Assembly: GCA_963757865.1 (NCBI GenBank)
Contig: CAVWSU010000004.1
Span: 23,474-87,473 of the forward strand
Reading direction: 5' to 3'
Source of the DNA: an uncultured Chloroflexia bacterium
GTDB taxonomy: Bacteria > Chloroflexota > Limnocylindria > Limnocylindrales > CSP1-4
Length of the DNA: 64,000 nt
Shown here: piece by piece, positions 49,011-58,160 of the stretch
How positions within the stretch are numbered: position 1 is the stretch's first letter
How the letters are laid out: every line of letters begins with the position of its first letter
Position numbers and translations under genes: made by a program
Notes under the pieces: generated by a model
What the model saw: the letters and a program-made list of their open reading frames with translations, nothing else
Told to the model about the DNA's origin: nothing
Databases searched by the model: none

Positions 49011-49207
49011 GTCGCGGCAGTCTAGCCGAGAGGGCTGCGGGGCGGCGTGCAGGGCCTGATCGGCCCCCGGCCCCGGGCTGGCGTGGGTGGGGCTTGATCG
49101 GGCGCGAGCCCGGGCCGGTGTGCGGGGCCGATCGGCGGGGATCGTCGGCCCGCGGACGGCCTGATCGCAACGGGTTCCGGGGCCGTCCGGCATTCGCTAC
49201 CCTTGCC

Positions 49208-50527
49208 GTGGTGGATCGATCGCTCGTCGCCGTCCTGGTCGGCACGTTCACGTTGCGGTTCAGCACGGGCCTCACGGGGGCGCTGCTCGTCTACTACCTG
49301 GCCCAGCTGCCGGCGCACGGCGGCCAGCCGGTCGATCCGGTCGTCGTCGGCATGCTGGCCGCGATGTTCTTCGTGGCGGAACTCGTCCTGTCGCCGCCGT
49401 TCGGCATCGCCTCGGACCGCCTCGGACAGCGTCGCGTGATGCAGCTGGGGCCGGGGTTCGGGGCGGTGGCCGTCGTCCTGACCGGGCTGACCACGAGCAT
49501 CCCGCTGCTCGGCGTCACGCGGCTCCTCGAGGGCGGCTCGAGCGCGGCGAGCGTGCCGTCGCTGCTCGGGTACATCGCCCGGGCCACGGCGCAGGACGAG
49601 GCGCTTCGCGGGCGGGCCGTTGCGCGGTTCGAGCTGGCCACGCTGGCCGGGCTCGGGGCCGGGCTCGTCGCGGCCGGGCCCCTCTGGGAGCTCGTGGGAC
49701 GGACCGGGTTCTTCATCAACGCGCTCGTGTACGGCGGTTCGTGGCTGATCTACCGCTGGGGCGTGCGGGAGCTTCCGGCGTCGGCGACGGCCTCCCCGGC
49801 TCGACAGCACACGGGGCCCCGACGCTACCTGGCGCTCCTGGCGAGCTCGCACGTCTGGCTGCTCGCGCCGACGTGGATCGCCATCAACGCCGCCATCGGG
49901 CTGTGGACCAGCCAGTCGCTGTTCCAGCTCGTGCAGCGAGCCGACAAACCGCCGATGGCGCGCAACCAGCTGCTCATGGGCGGCTTCACGCCCACCCAGG
50001 TCAGCGTGGGCCTGACCGTCGGCCTGCTCGTGTTCTTCGCCGGGCTGCTGTACTGGGGCGGTCGATTTCGTACGCTGCGCCGGACGACGATCATCCTCTA
50101 CGGTCTCGCCGGCGGGGCCGTGTCGATGGGCAGCACGTTCATCGTCAACCACAGTGGCGGGCAGCCCCTCGTCATCCCCGTGCTCTTCGTGCTCGGCGCG
50201 GCGGTCGGGCTGTTCGTCCTTGCCGGTGCGACACCGGCGGCGCTCGGCCTGCTGGCGGACGTGTCCGAGGCGTACCCGCACGACCGCGGCGCGATCATGG
50301 GGCTGTACAGCGTCTTCCTGGCGCTGGGCCAGGTGGCGGGCAGCCTGATCGGCGGCGAGGCGGCCCAGCTTCTCGGGATCGACGGCCTGCTCGCGGCGAC
50401 CGTCCTCCTGCTCTGCGTCGCGGTGGTCCCGCTGTGGCGCCTGCGCGCGTTCGAGCACAGGCTGGACGCCGCGGGGCGCCGGAGCGGCGATGCCGCCGGG
50501 AGCCTGAACATACAATCCGGCTCATGA
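49208..50527 (+). CDS. MFS transporter
   Basis: GTG 49208 (VVDRSLVAVLVGTFTLRF). GIASDRLGQRRVM loop motif, 12-TM pattern. The stop overlaps the next ATG (ATGA). Confidence 0.8.
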   Translation: MVDRSLVAVLVGTFTLRFSTGLTGALLVYYLAQLPAHGGQPVDPVVVGMLAAMFFVAELVLSPPFGIASDRLGQRRVMQLGPGFGAVAVVLTGLTTSIPLLGVTRLLEGGSSAASVPSLLGYIARATAQDEALRGRAVARFELATLAGLGAGLVAAGPLWELVGRTGFFINALVYGGSWLIYRWGVRELPASATASPARQHTGPRRYLALLASSHVWLLAPTWIAINAAIGLWTSQSLFQLVQRADKPPMARNQLLMGGFTPTQVSVGLTVGLLVFFAGLLYWGGRFRTLRRTTIILYGLAGGAVSMGSTFIVNHSGGQPLVIPVLFVLGAAVGLFVLAGATPAALGLLADVSEAYPHDRGAIMGLYSVFLALGQVAGSLIGGEAAQLLGIDGLLAATVLLLCVAVVPLWRLRAFEHRLDAAGRRSGDAAGSLNIQSGS

Positions 50528-52035
50528 CGGACGTGCGGGCGAGCGCCCCCACCCGGGGCAACTTCATCGGCGGGGAATGGGCCGAGGCGGTCGGCGGGCG
50601 GACGTTCGAGTCCGTCAACCCCGCGGACACCCGGGACGTCGTGGGGCGCTTCCAGGCCTCGGGTCCCGCCGACGTCGCGATGGCCATCCGCGCCGCCGAC
50701 GTCGCGTTGCCGGCCTGGCGAGCCATGCCCGCGCCCAAGCGCGCGGAGATCATGTTCCGCTTCGCCGCGCTGCTGGCCCGGCACAAGGAGCGGCTGGCCC
50801 GCGAGATGACGCGCGAGATGGGCAAGGTCCTGGCCGAGGCCCGCGGGGACGTCCAGGAAGGCATCGACATCGCGTTCCTGATGGCGGGGGAGGGGCGCCG
50901 CATGTTCGGCGACACCGTCCCCTCCGAGCTGCCGGACAAGTGGGCGATGAGCGTGCGCGAGCCCCTCGGCGTGGCCGCGATCGTCACGCCGTGGAACTTC
51001 CCGATCGCGATCCCCTGCTGGAAGATGATGCCGGCCCTGATCAGCGGCAACACCGTGGTCTGGAAGCCCGCGTCCGACACGCCCGGGTGCGCCGTGCTCC
51101 TGGTCGAGCTGCTCGCCGAGGCCGGCTTCCCCGCCGGCACCGTCAACCTCGTCACCGGCACGGGCGAAGAGGCCGGGGCCGCGCTCGTGGCGAATCCCGA
51201 CGTGGACGTGATCAGCTTCACGGGCAACACCGCAACCGGCCGGCGGATCGCCGAGGTGGCGGCCGCGCGCCTCAAGCGCGTCTCGCTCGAGCTCGGCGGC
51301 AAGAACGCGATCGCCGTGATGGACGACGCCGACCTGGACCTGGCGGTCGAGGGCATCGTCTGGTCGGCCTTCGGGACCACGGGCCAGCGGTGCACGGCAT
51401 GCAGCCGGCTCATCGCCCACGAACGGATCCTCGAGCCGCTCCTCGAGCGGCTGGTCGACCGGGTGGGGCGGCTGCGGCTCGGCGACGGGCTCGACCCCGC
51501 CACGGACGTCGGCCCCCTGGTGAACGCGGCCGCCCTGGCCAAGACCTCCTCGTATGCCGACCTGGCGCGGGCGGAGCACACCGTGGCGTGCGGCGGCGGC
51601 CTCGCCACCGGACGGCCCGGGCTGGAACACGGTCACTTCTTCGAGCCCACGATCGTGCGGGGCGTGCGGCCGATGGACCGGCTGGCCCAGGAGGAGATCT
51701 TCGGGCCGATCCTCTCGGTCATCTCCGTGCCCGACTTCGAGGCGGCGATTACTGCGGCCAACCAGACGCGGTACGGCCTCTCGGCCAGCCTGTACACCTC
51801 GAGCGTGAACACCGCGTTCCGCGCGATGCGCGACCTGCGGGCCGGGCTCGTGTACATCAACGCCGGGACGATCGGCGCGGAGACGCACCTGCCCTTCGGG
51901 GGGATGAAGCAGAGCGGCAACGGGCACCGCGAGGCGGGGCACGCGGCCCTCGACACGTTCACCGAGTGGAAGGCCATCTACGTGGACTACTCGGGCCGAC
52001 TGCAGCGCGCGCAGATCGACAACCAGCCGGGGTAG
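50524..52035 (+). CDS. NAD(P)-dependent aldehyde dehydrogenase
   Basis: FIGGEW, IVTPWNFP, FTGNTATGR, catalytic LELGGKNA and GQRCTACSR, EEIFGPIL. Confidence 0.93.
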   Translation: MTDVRASAPTRGNFIGGEWAEAVGGRTFESVNPADTRDVVGRFQASGPADVAMAIRAADVALPAWRAMPAPKRAEIMFRFAALLARHKERLAREMTREMGKVLAEARGDVQEGIDIAFLMAGEGRRMFGDTVPSELPDKWAMSVREPLGVAAIVTPWNFPIAIPCWKMMPALISGNTVVWKPASDTPGCAVLLVELLAEAGFPAGTVNLVTGTGEEAGAALVANPDVDVISFTGNTATGRRIAEVAAARLKRVSLELGGKNAIAVMDDADLDLAVEGIVWSAFGTTGQRCTACSRLIAHERILEPLLERLVDRVGRLRLGDGLDPATDVGPLVNAAALAKTSSYADLARAEHTVACGGGLATGRPGLEHGHFFEPTIVRGVRPMDRLAQEEIFGPILSVISVPDFEAAITAANQTRYGLSASLYTSSVNTAFRAMRDLRAGLVYINAGTIGAETHLPFGGMKQSGNGHREAGHAALDTFTEWKAIYVDYSGRLQRAQIDNQPG

Positions 52036-52129
52036 GTGCCCGCGGCGCGCCGCGTCAGGCGGGCGCGCCCTGATCCGTCTGGAGACCCGGGCCGGACGGC
52101 CCACGCCGCTGGGGCCACATGCGCCTGTG

Positions 52130-52168
52130 ACATCTCAGATCGGCTTGACACACTGCCGCCTGAGATGT
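52130..52168. promoter_or_regulatory. 9-bp perfect inverted repeat flanking a TTGACA box upstream of the fmdE-like operon
   Basis: ACATCTCAG (52130-52138) and CTGAGATGT (52160-52168), with TTGACA at 52145-52150 in the 21-nt spacer. Contains the TGACACACTG motif shared with 54848-54857. Confidence 0.45.
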
Positions 52169-52254
52169 TGCTGCCGGTTCTCACCCGCTCAGGGCGCCAC
52201 ACCCACGCGGCGCGGCCCCGCCGCCCCGCCGCGCCCTACCTCAAGGAGTCATCC

Positions 52255-52875
52255 ATGGACGCCACTTCCACCCTGGACACCACCGACATCCTGAACCAGG
52301 CCCTGGCATTCCACGGCCACAAGTGCTGGGCCAGCACGGCCGGGGTACGCCTGGGGCTCGCGGCCATGGACGCCCTCGGCGTGACGCGCGCAGGCGCCAA
52401 GGAGCTGCACGCGATCATCGAGATCGGCGACCATCACGGCGGGATGTGCTTCGGCGACGGCATCCAGTTCACCACCGGATGCACGTTCGGCAAGGGCAAC
52501 ATCGAGAAGTCGGGCGAGGGGAAGTTCGCGGTCACCCTCGTCGACAAGGCGTCCGGCCGCGCGGTCCGCGTGGCGTACAAGCCCACCCTCCAGCCGCGCA
52601 TCAAGGCGAGCGCCTTCATGCAGAAGCGAGCGGCAGGCGTGCCCGCCTCGCAGATCCCCGACGACGAGCAGGCGGAGGTCGTGCACCTCGTCTGGGACGC
52701 GCCTGCCGAGGCGATCCTGACGGTCGGACCCGTCGAGCCGCGCACCTGGAGCGAGCCCGCGGAGGTCGTGCGCTTCGCGGTCTGCCCGAGTTGCGGCGAA
52801 CTCGTCGCCGAGCCGTACCTGCGCGTCGCCGAGGGCAGGATCGTGTGCGCGGCGTGCTCGGGCTACCCGCGCTGA
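52255..52875 (+). CDS. FmdE-family protein with a C-terminal zinc-ribbon
   Basis: RBS aaggag. ALAFHGHKCWAS, GMCFGDGIQFTTGCTFGKGN, C-terminal CPSCGE ... CAAC. Confidence 0.85.
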   Translation: MDATSTLDTTDILNQALAFHGHKCWASTAGVRLGLAAMDALGVTRAGAKELHAIIEIGDHHGGMCFGDGIQFTTGCTFGKGNIEKSGEGKFAVTLVDKASGRAVRVAYKPTLQPRIKASAFMQKRAAGVPASQIPDDEQAEVVHLVWDAPAEAILTVGPVEPRTWSEPAEVVRFAVCPSCGELVAEPYLRVAEGRIVCAACSGYPR

Positions 52876-52894
52876 GCGCGCCAGGGCACCGACC

Positions 52895-53641
52895 ATGCTG
52901 CTCTACGCCATCGGCGGCGCCAGCGTCTTCGTCTTCTCCGGCGTCATGGCGATGGCGGGACTGGGCGCCGCCTTTCTCTTCGTGCCGCTCTTCTACTACC
53001 TGGGAGTGCCCCTCGGCCAGGCGACCTCGACCGCGCTGCTCCTGAACGCGGTGAGCCTCTCGGCGGCAACCGTCGCCTACTGGCGGGGCCACCTGATCGA
53101 CTGGCGTGCCGGCGTGCCGGTGCTCGTCGCGGCGGTCATCCTCGCGCCCGTCGGCGCCCGCCTGACGGCCAGCGTCGATCGCGACGTGCTCCTTGCCCTG
53201 TTCGTCTGCTTCCTCGTGTTCGCCGGCGCGATGATGCTGCTCTATCGCGCGAAGGCCGGGCGCCGCGAGCTGAACCGGACCGCGGAGGCGGGGGTGGGCG
53301 CCGGCGTGGGGGGCGTGGCCGGGTTCGTGGGCGGCCTGCTCGGGGTGGGCGGCGGCAACGTCATCCTGCCCGGCCTGACCTGGCTCGGGCTCGAGCCCAA
53401 GATCGCGGCCGGCACCACCGCCCTCGCGGTCTTCTTCTCGTCGCTGTCAGGGTTCGCCGGCCACGCGGCACTGGGCGGGCTCGACGCCCGCTTCACCCTC
53501 ACGATGGCCGTCCTCGCGGCCGCCGGCTCGCTGGCGGGCTCGCACGTCATGCGGACGCGCCTGACCGGGCCACAGCTCAAGCGGATCGTCGGGGTCCTGC
53601 TCTGGGTGATCGCGGCCAAGATGGCGCTCGATCTTCTCTGA
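52895..53641 (+). CDS. TauE/SafE family anion (sulfite-type) exporter
   Basis: 248 aa, 7-8 TM. Duplicated G-rich helices (GFVGGLLGVGGGNVILP). Confidence 0.85.
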   Translation: MLLYAIGGASVFVFSGVMAMAGLGAAFLFVPLFYYLGVPLGQATSTALLLNAVSLSAATVAYWRGHLIDWRAGVPVLVAAVILAPVGARLTASVDRDVLLALFVCFLVFAGAMMLLYRAKAGRRELNRTAEAGVGAGVGGVAGFVGGLLGVGGGNVILPGLTWLGLEPKIAAGTTALAVFFSSLSGFAGHAALGGLDARFTLTMAVLAAAGSLAGSHVMRTRLTGPQLKRIVGVLLWVIAAKMALDLL

Positions 53642-53655
53642 TCGGAGGAACAGTC

Positions 53656-54768
53656 GTGTCCACCACTCTCTCAGTCGCGCAGGACGCCGTGGCCGTACCC
53701 GCGGTCCGCCTGCGCGGGTTCCACCCCGGCTGGTACGGCGCCGTCATGGGCACCGCCATCGTCGGGATCATCGCCTACCAGGACCCGGGGCAACTCGCCG
53801 GCCTGGGTGACCTCTCCCGGGCGTTCGGCGTCGGCATGGTCGCGCTCTCGGCCGTGCTCGCGGTGCTGCTGGGGGTTCCGTACGTCGCCCGCTGGGTGCA
53901 GCACCCGGACGCCGCGCGCGAGGACCTGCGCAACCCCGTCGCCGGCGCGCTGTACGGCACGTTCCCGGGCGGCATCCTCGTCCTGGCGGTGGGGATCGCG
54001 ACCATCGGGCCGTCGATCGGTGCCCCGGATGACGTCGCGCTCACCGTCGGCGTGCTGGCGGCCATCGGGCTCGTGCTGGCCTTCGCGGTCAGCGTGATCT
54101 TCGCCCACCTGCTGTTCGTGTCGCACCCGGTCGGCCCCGAGCTGGCCAACGGGGCGTGGTTCATCCCGCCGGTGGTGAACATCGTGGTGCCCCTCGCGCT
54201 GCTCCCGCTCCTGGCGCACGTGGGGCATGAAGAGGCGGCCGCGCTGCTCTTCGGCGCATACGCCTTCTGGGGCATGGGCTTCGTGCTGTTCGTGCTCGTG
54301 GCCTCGCTCGTCTACGACCGGCTGATCTTCCATCCGCTCCCGGCGGCGCCACTGGCGCCCTCGCTCTGGATCGGCCTGGGGCCGATCGGGGTGGGGAGCC
54401 TGGTGCTGCTCCGGACCGCGCAGGCGGGCGCGTCGCTGTGGGGGACCGCGGCGCCGGTCGTCGCGCAGGTCTCCACCCTGGCCGCGACCGCGCTGTGGGG
54501 ATTCGGCCTCTGGTGGCTGGCCACGGCGATCCTGCTGCTGGCGGCCTACCTGCGCCGGGGCGAACTGCCGTACGGCCTCGGCTGGTGGGGCTTCACGTTC
54601 CCGCTGGGCGCCTACACCGCGAGCACCCTGGCGCTGGCGCGTGCCTGGCAGCTGGGCTTCCTCGAAGCCACCGCGGTTGGCCTCTTCGTGCTGCTGCTCG
54701 GCTTCTGGCTGGTGGTCAGCGCGGGCACGCTGCGGGCCGTGGCGTCCGGCCAGGTCTGGCGGCGCTAG
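53656..54768 (+). CDS. TDT (TehA/Mae1/SLAC1) family transporter
   Basis: GTG 53656. FHPGWYGAVMGTAIVG start typical of the family, 10 TM, WWGFTFPLGAY near the C-terminus. Confidence 0.85.
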   Translation: MSTTLSVAQDAVAVPAVRLRGFHPGWYGAVMGTAIVGIIAYQDPGQLAGLGDLSRAFGVGMVALSAVLAVLLGVPYVARWVQHPDAAREDLRNPVAGALYGTFPGGILVLAVGIATIGPSIGAPDDVALTVGVLAAIGLVLAFAVSVIFAHLLFVSHPVGPELANGAWFIPPVVNIVVPLALLPLLAHVGHEEAAALLFGAYAFWGMGFVLFVLVASLVYDRLIFHPLPAAPLAPSLWIGLGPIGVGSLVLLRTAQAGASLWGTAAPVVAQVSTLAATALWGFGLWWLATAILLLAAYLRRGELPYGLGWWGFTFPLGAYTASTLALARAWQLGFLEATAVGLFVLLLGFWLVVSAGTLRAVASGQVWRR

Positions 54769-54846
54769 CCGCGGTCTCCAGCAGGCGGACGGGCCGGTCG
54801 GCAGGGCAACGGCGGGCGCTCCGGGTCTTCGATGCATCACACCTGC

Positions 54847-54874
54847 ATGACACACTGTCGGCTGAAATGACACA
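54847..54874. promoter_or_regulatory. Direct ATGACACA repeats / shared TGACACACTG motif upstream of arsR
   Basis: ATGACACA at 54847-54854 and 54867-54874 (20-bp spacing), with a third ATGAC at about 54886. Positions 54848-54869 match 52146-52167 at 19 of 22 bases. Confidence 0.45.
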
Positions 54875-54944
54875 GCGCCAACTGATATGACCTCTCGTGC
54901 GTTCCACGTACCGGTCTCCGATCGCATCCGCCTGGAGGTGCGCC

Positions 54945-55283
54945 ATGCCCACTGAGCTGCCGGTCCTGCCGGACCTGCGCATGGAACTGCCCGCGCCACG
55001 CGTCGACGCACCGTTGGAGGCCGCCGCCCTGCTCGCCGACCGCAGTCGCGCCGGGATCCTCGCGATCCTGCGTGACGGGCCGCACTGCGTCTGCGAGATG
55101 GCCGCCTCGCTCGGGGAGCGCCAGAACAACGTGAGCAACCATCTCGCCCGACTGCGCGACGCCGGCCTCGTGCGCGCCACCCGCTACGGCGGCGACACCC
55201 GCCGCGTGTACTACGAGCGCGACGAGGCGGCCTGCGCGAAGGCGCTCGCCGATCTCCGCGCGCTCCTGGAGACCCCCGCATGA
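54945..55283 (+). CDS. ArsR/SmtB family metalloregulator
   Basis: ATG 54945 after ggagg. LADRSRAGILAILRDGPHCVCEMAASLGERQNNVSNHLARLRDAGLV, where CVC sits at the alpha-3 sensing position. Confidence 0.9.
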   Translation: MPTELPVLPDLRMELPAPRVDAPLEAAALLADRSRAGILAILRDGPHCVCEMAASLGERQNNVSNHLARLRDAGLVRATRYGGDTRRVYYERDEAACAKALADLRALLETPA

Positions 55284-56326
55284 CCGCGCTCTCGCTCAGC
55301 CGCCCCCGCCGCCCGTCGCTGGGGGTCACCGCGACAGCCGGCGTGCTCGCCTGGCTCGTCGCGTGGTTCGCCGAGGCACCACTCGCCGACTGGGCGAGCT
55401 ACGAGCTCCTCGGCCTGGAGCGCGGGAGCCACCTGGGGGACGCAGTCGACTTCTTCCTCATGGACGTCCCGAAGGTGCTGCTCCTGCTGCTCGGCATCGT
55501 CACCGTGGTCACGCTGATCCGCGGCTTCTTCCCGCCGGAACGCGTGCGAGCCGCGCTGGCCGGCCGCGGTCTCATGGCAGGGACCGTGGGGGCCGCGTCG
55601 TTCGGGATCGTGACGCCGTTCTGTTCGTGCTCGGCCGTCCCGCTGTTCATCGGCTTCGTCGAGGCGGGGATCCCGCTGGGGGTCACGTTCGCCTTCCTCA
55701 TCAGTTCGCCAATGGTCAACGAGGTCGCGCTGGTCCTGCTCTGGGGGCTCTTCGGGCCCGGCATCGCGCTCGTGTACATGGCGGCCGGTCTCACCGTCGC
55801 GATCGTCGGCGGGCTCGTCATCGGCAGGCTCCACATGGAGCGCTACGTCGAGGACTACGTGTGGGCGCTCCAGGGCACCGGCGGGCAGCTGGCCGAGGTG
55901 AAGCTCACGTGGGCCGATCGCCTCACCGACGCATGGCGATACACCATCGACCTCGTGCGCCGGATCACGCCCTATCTCCTCGTCGGGATCGGGATCGGGG
56001 CGCTCATCCACGGCTACGCCCCGACCGAGCTGGTGGCAGCCATCGGCGGGCGCTCCAACCCCTTCGCGGTGCCGATCGTGGTGCTCCTCGCCATCCCGCT
56101 CTATTCGAACGCGGCGGGCACGATCCCCATCGTCCAGGCGCTGCTCGGTAAGGGCATGCCCCTGGGCACGACGCTGGCCTTCATGATGGCCATCACCGCG
56201 ATCAGCCTGCCGGAGTTCATCATCCTGCGCCGCGTCATGAAGCCGCCGCTCATCGCGGTCTTCATCACGGTCGTCACGATCGGGATCCTCTGCATCGGCT
56301 ACCTGTTCAACGCCCTCATCGCGTGA
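55280..56326 (+). CDS. DUF318 / ArsP-like permease
   Basis: ATGA overlap with arsR. Vicinal-Cys motif IVTPFCSCSAVPLF. Two-lobed structure of about 8-10 TM. Confidence 0.85.
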   Translation: MTALSLSRPRRPSLGVTATAGVLAWLVAWFAEAPLADWASYELLGLERGSHLGDAVDFFLMDVPKVLLLLLGIVTVVTLIRGFFPPERVRAALAGRGLMAGTVGAASFGIVTPFCSCSAVPLFIGFVEAGIPLGVTFAFLISSPMVNEVALVLLWGLFGPGIALVYMAAGLTVAIVGGLVIGRLHMERYVEDYVWALQGTGGQLAEVKLTWADRLTDAWRYTIDLVRRITPYLLVGIGIGALIHGYAPTELVAAIGGRSNPFAVPIVVLLAIPLYSNAAGTIPIVQALLGKGMPLGTTLAFMMAITAISLPEFIILRRVMKPPLIAVFITVVTIGILCIGYLFNALIA

Positions 56327-56373
56327 TTGGAGGCGCCCGCAGGGGCGCTTCTCCCCAACAAGGAGTCGGCGAC

Positions 56374-56610
56374 ATGAAGAAGATCGAGGTCCTGGGACCG
56401 GGCTGCGCCAACTGCCAGCGCCTGGAGGCCAATGCCCGGCAGGCGGTCATGATGGCCGGCGTCGAGGCGGAGATCGTCAAGGTGACCGATTACCGGCAGA
56501 TCGTGGCCTACGGCGTGATGAGCACGCCCGGGCTCGTCATCGACGGCACGGTCGTGAGCTTCGGCCGGATCCCGTCGGCCGGCGACATCGCGGAGTGGCT
56601 CTCCGCGTAG
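56374..56610 (+). CDS. Small thioredoxin-fold protein (redox-active disulfide protein 2 type)
   Basis: RBS aaggag. MKKIEVLGPGCANCQRL ... YGVMSTPGLVIDG. Confidence 0.88.
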   Translation: MKKIEVLGPGCANCQRLEANARQAVMMAGVEAEIVKVTDYRQIVAYGVMSTPGLVIDGTVVSFGRIPSAGDIAEWLSA

Positions 56611-56746
56611 TCCACCCATCGCGGCAGACGCACGGGGCCCGGCCGCAGCGACGGCCGGGGAGACGCTCACGCCGAACGGCGGCGCCACCGGGATGAGCGC
56701 CGGGGTGAAGGCATCGCACCAGCGTCGGGCGCTGGCCTTGCGCCTG

Positions 56747-56845
56747 GGTCAGGCCCGCCCGGCTCGCCTCAGGCCCTGCCCGGCTTGCCTCAGGCCCTGC
56801 CCGGCTCGTCTGACGCCCCGCCCGCCTCAGGCCCCGCCCGCCTCG
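56747..56845. repeat. Degenerate 21-bp tandem repeat (about 5 units)
   Basis: cctcaggccctgcccggcttg (56767-56787) and cctcaggccctgcccggctcg (56788-56808), flanked by diverged units at 56747-56766, 56809-56824 and 56825-56845. Spans the stop of the minus-strand hypothetical gene. Confidence 0.85.
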
Positions 56846-57485
56846 CCGGCGTGCCGCCAGGTTCGGCCGTCTCGGTTCCGGAATCGACGGGCTCGCCGAT
56901 TGCGGCGTCCCACGGACCGAGCAGCACCTCGAGTGCGGCGGGCTCGAGGAGGTCCGCGAGGACGGTGGCGGCCACGGCGTCGAGCACCGCGGGAAATGCC
57001 TCGCGCCGGATACCGGCCCAGTCCCGCGTGTGACCGGAAGCCCCCTCCGAGCCCCACAGGTCCGACGAGCCGGACTCCTCGTTGAGCCAGCGCATCGCCT
57101 CCGTCTGGGCCGCCCGGGCGGCCGACCGCCTGCCGCTCCGCTGCGCGGTCGCCTGTGCCGCCGCGTGTGCATCCGCGCGCTCCGCCGCCGGGATGGCCGA
57201 CCAGAAGCTGATGAGCCGCTCCGCCTGCTCGGGACCGAGCGCACCGACGCGGCCGAGGAGCTCGAGCACCGCATCGCTGTTCCGGCCGAACGGCAGGCCC
57301 TGCCCGCGAGCCACGAGGTGTGCCGCGCGATCGAGCGAGCGCGCCACGACATTGGGGCGCGCGACCCCGCCCTGAAGGCTGTTCGGCTGGATCGGACGGC
57401 GGGGCACGGACGCTCCTTCGCTGGGCCGGCGCGGCACCGCCGATCGGGATCGAGACCACGTGCGACCGGGTCCGCGGGGCGCCAT
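56790..57485 (-). CDS. Hypothetical helical protein downstream of the hydrogenase operon
   Basis: Best codon bias of three overlapping minus-strand ORFs (LELLGRVGALGPEQAERLISFWSAIPAAERADAHAAA ... AMRWLNEESGSSDLW). The likely start is an internal GTG at 57344. Confidence 0.4.
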   Translation of the reverse strand: MAPRGPGRTWSRSRSAVPRRPSEGASVPRRPIQPNSLQGGVARPNVVARSLDRAAHLVARGQGLPFGRNSDAVLELLGRVGALGPEQAERLISFWSAIPAAERADAHAAAQATAQRSGRRSAARAAQTEAMRWLNEESGSSDLWGSEGASGHTRDWAGIRREAFPAVLDAVAATVLADLLEPAALEVLLGPWDAAIGEPVDSGTETAEPGGTPARRAGPEAGGASDEPGRA

Positions 57486-57605
57486 TGTCGCGGATACGGG
57501 CAGACGTCATCGGGGCACGTGCATGAACGGATTGCGGGCCGGCCGGCATCTTCGGCACCGCCCGGCCACTTCGGCACCGCCCGGCCCTTCGGCGCCGCCG
57601 CGCGA

Positions 57606-58142
57606 TCAGTCCCTGGCGAGCCGAACCGCCTCCTCGAGCGCGGCCGCGGCCAGCGCCGGGATCGCCTCGTGCACGGGGCTCGACACGGGGTCGCCCAGCC
57701 CGAACGCCGATCCGCCCAGACCGACGAACGTGCCTCGAGGCAGCGAGCCGCGCAGCGTCTGCACCAGCCCGAGCACGTCGCGCAGTGGCAGCATGTGCGA
57801 CGAGCGAGGCGCCGGGCCTCCCGAGGTCAGGTCGGCCAGTGCCCGGCGGACGAGCGTTCCGGGCTCTGGGCCGCTCACGGCGTCGATCACCACCAGGGCA
57901 TCGTCGGGGTCGAGCGCCAGCAGTTCGTCCGGTTCCAGCTGCCCGACGGACTGCACGTCCGCGCGCCCGCGGAGCGCCTCGACGGCGTCCACCAGGGCCG
58001 GCGGCGGCGGTTCCACGCCATCGAGCCAGGCGCGCAGGAGGTCGGCGGCGAGGAATCCGGCCGCGTCGTCGCCCCGCGCCGACTCGCCGCAGGCGAGCAC
58101 GCGGATGCGGCGAGCGGTGCTATCGCTTCCGGGCTGCGCCAT
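57606..58142 (-). CDS. Hydrogenase maturation endopeptidase (HyaD/HybD/FrhD family)
   Basis: RVLACGESARGDDAAG (metal-binding Asp region), VVIDAV, SSHMLPL. Confidence 0.85.
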   Translation of the reverse strand: MAQPGSDSTARRIRVLACGESARGDDAAGFLAADLLRAWLDGVEPPPPALVDAVEALRGRADVQSVGQLEPDELLALDPDDALVVIDAVSGPEPGTLVRRALADLTSGGPAPRSSHMLPLRDVLGLVQTLRGSLPRGTFVGLGGSAFGLGDPVSSPVHEAIPALAAAALEEAVRLARD

Positions 58143-58160
58143 GGCCGGGGAGGACCGCGG

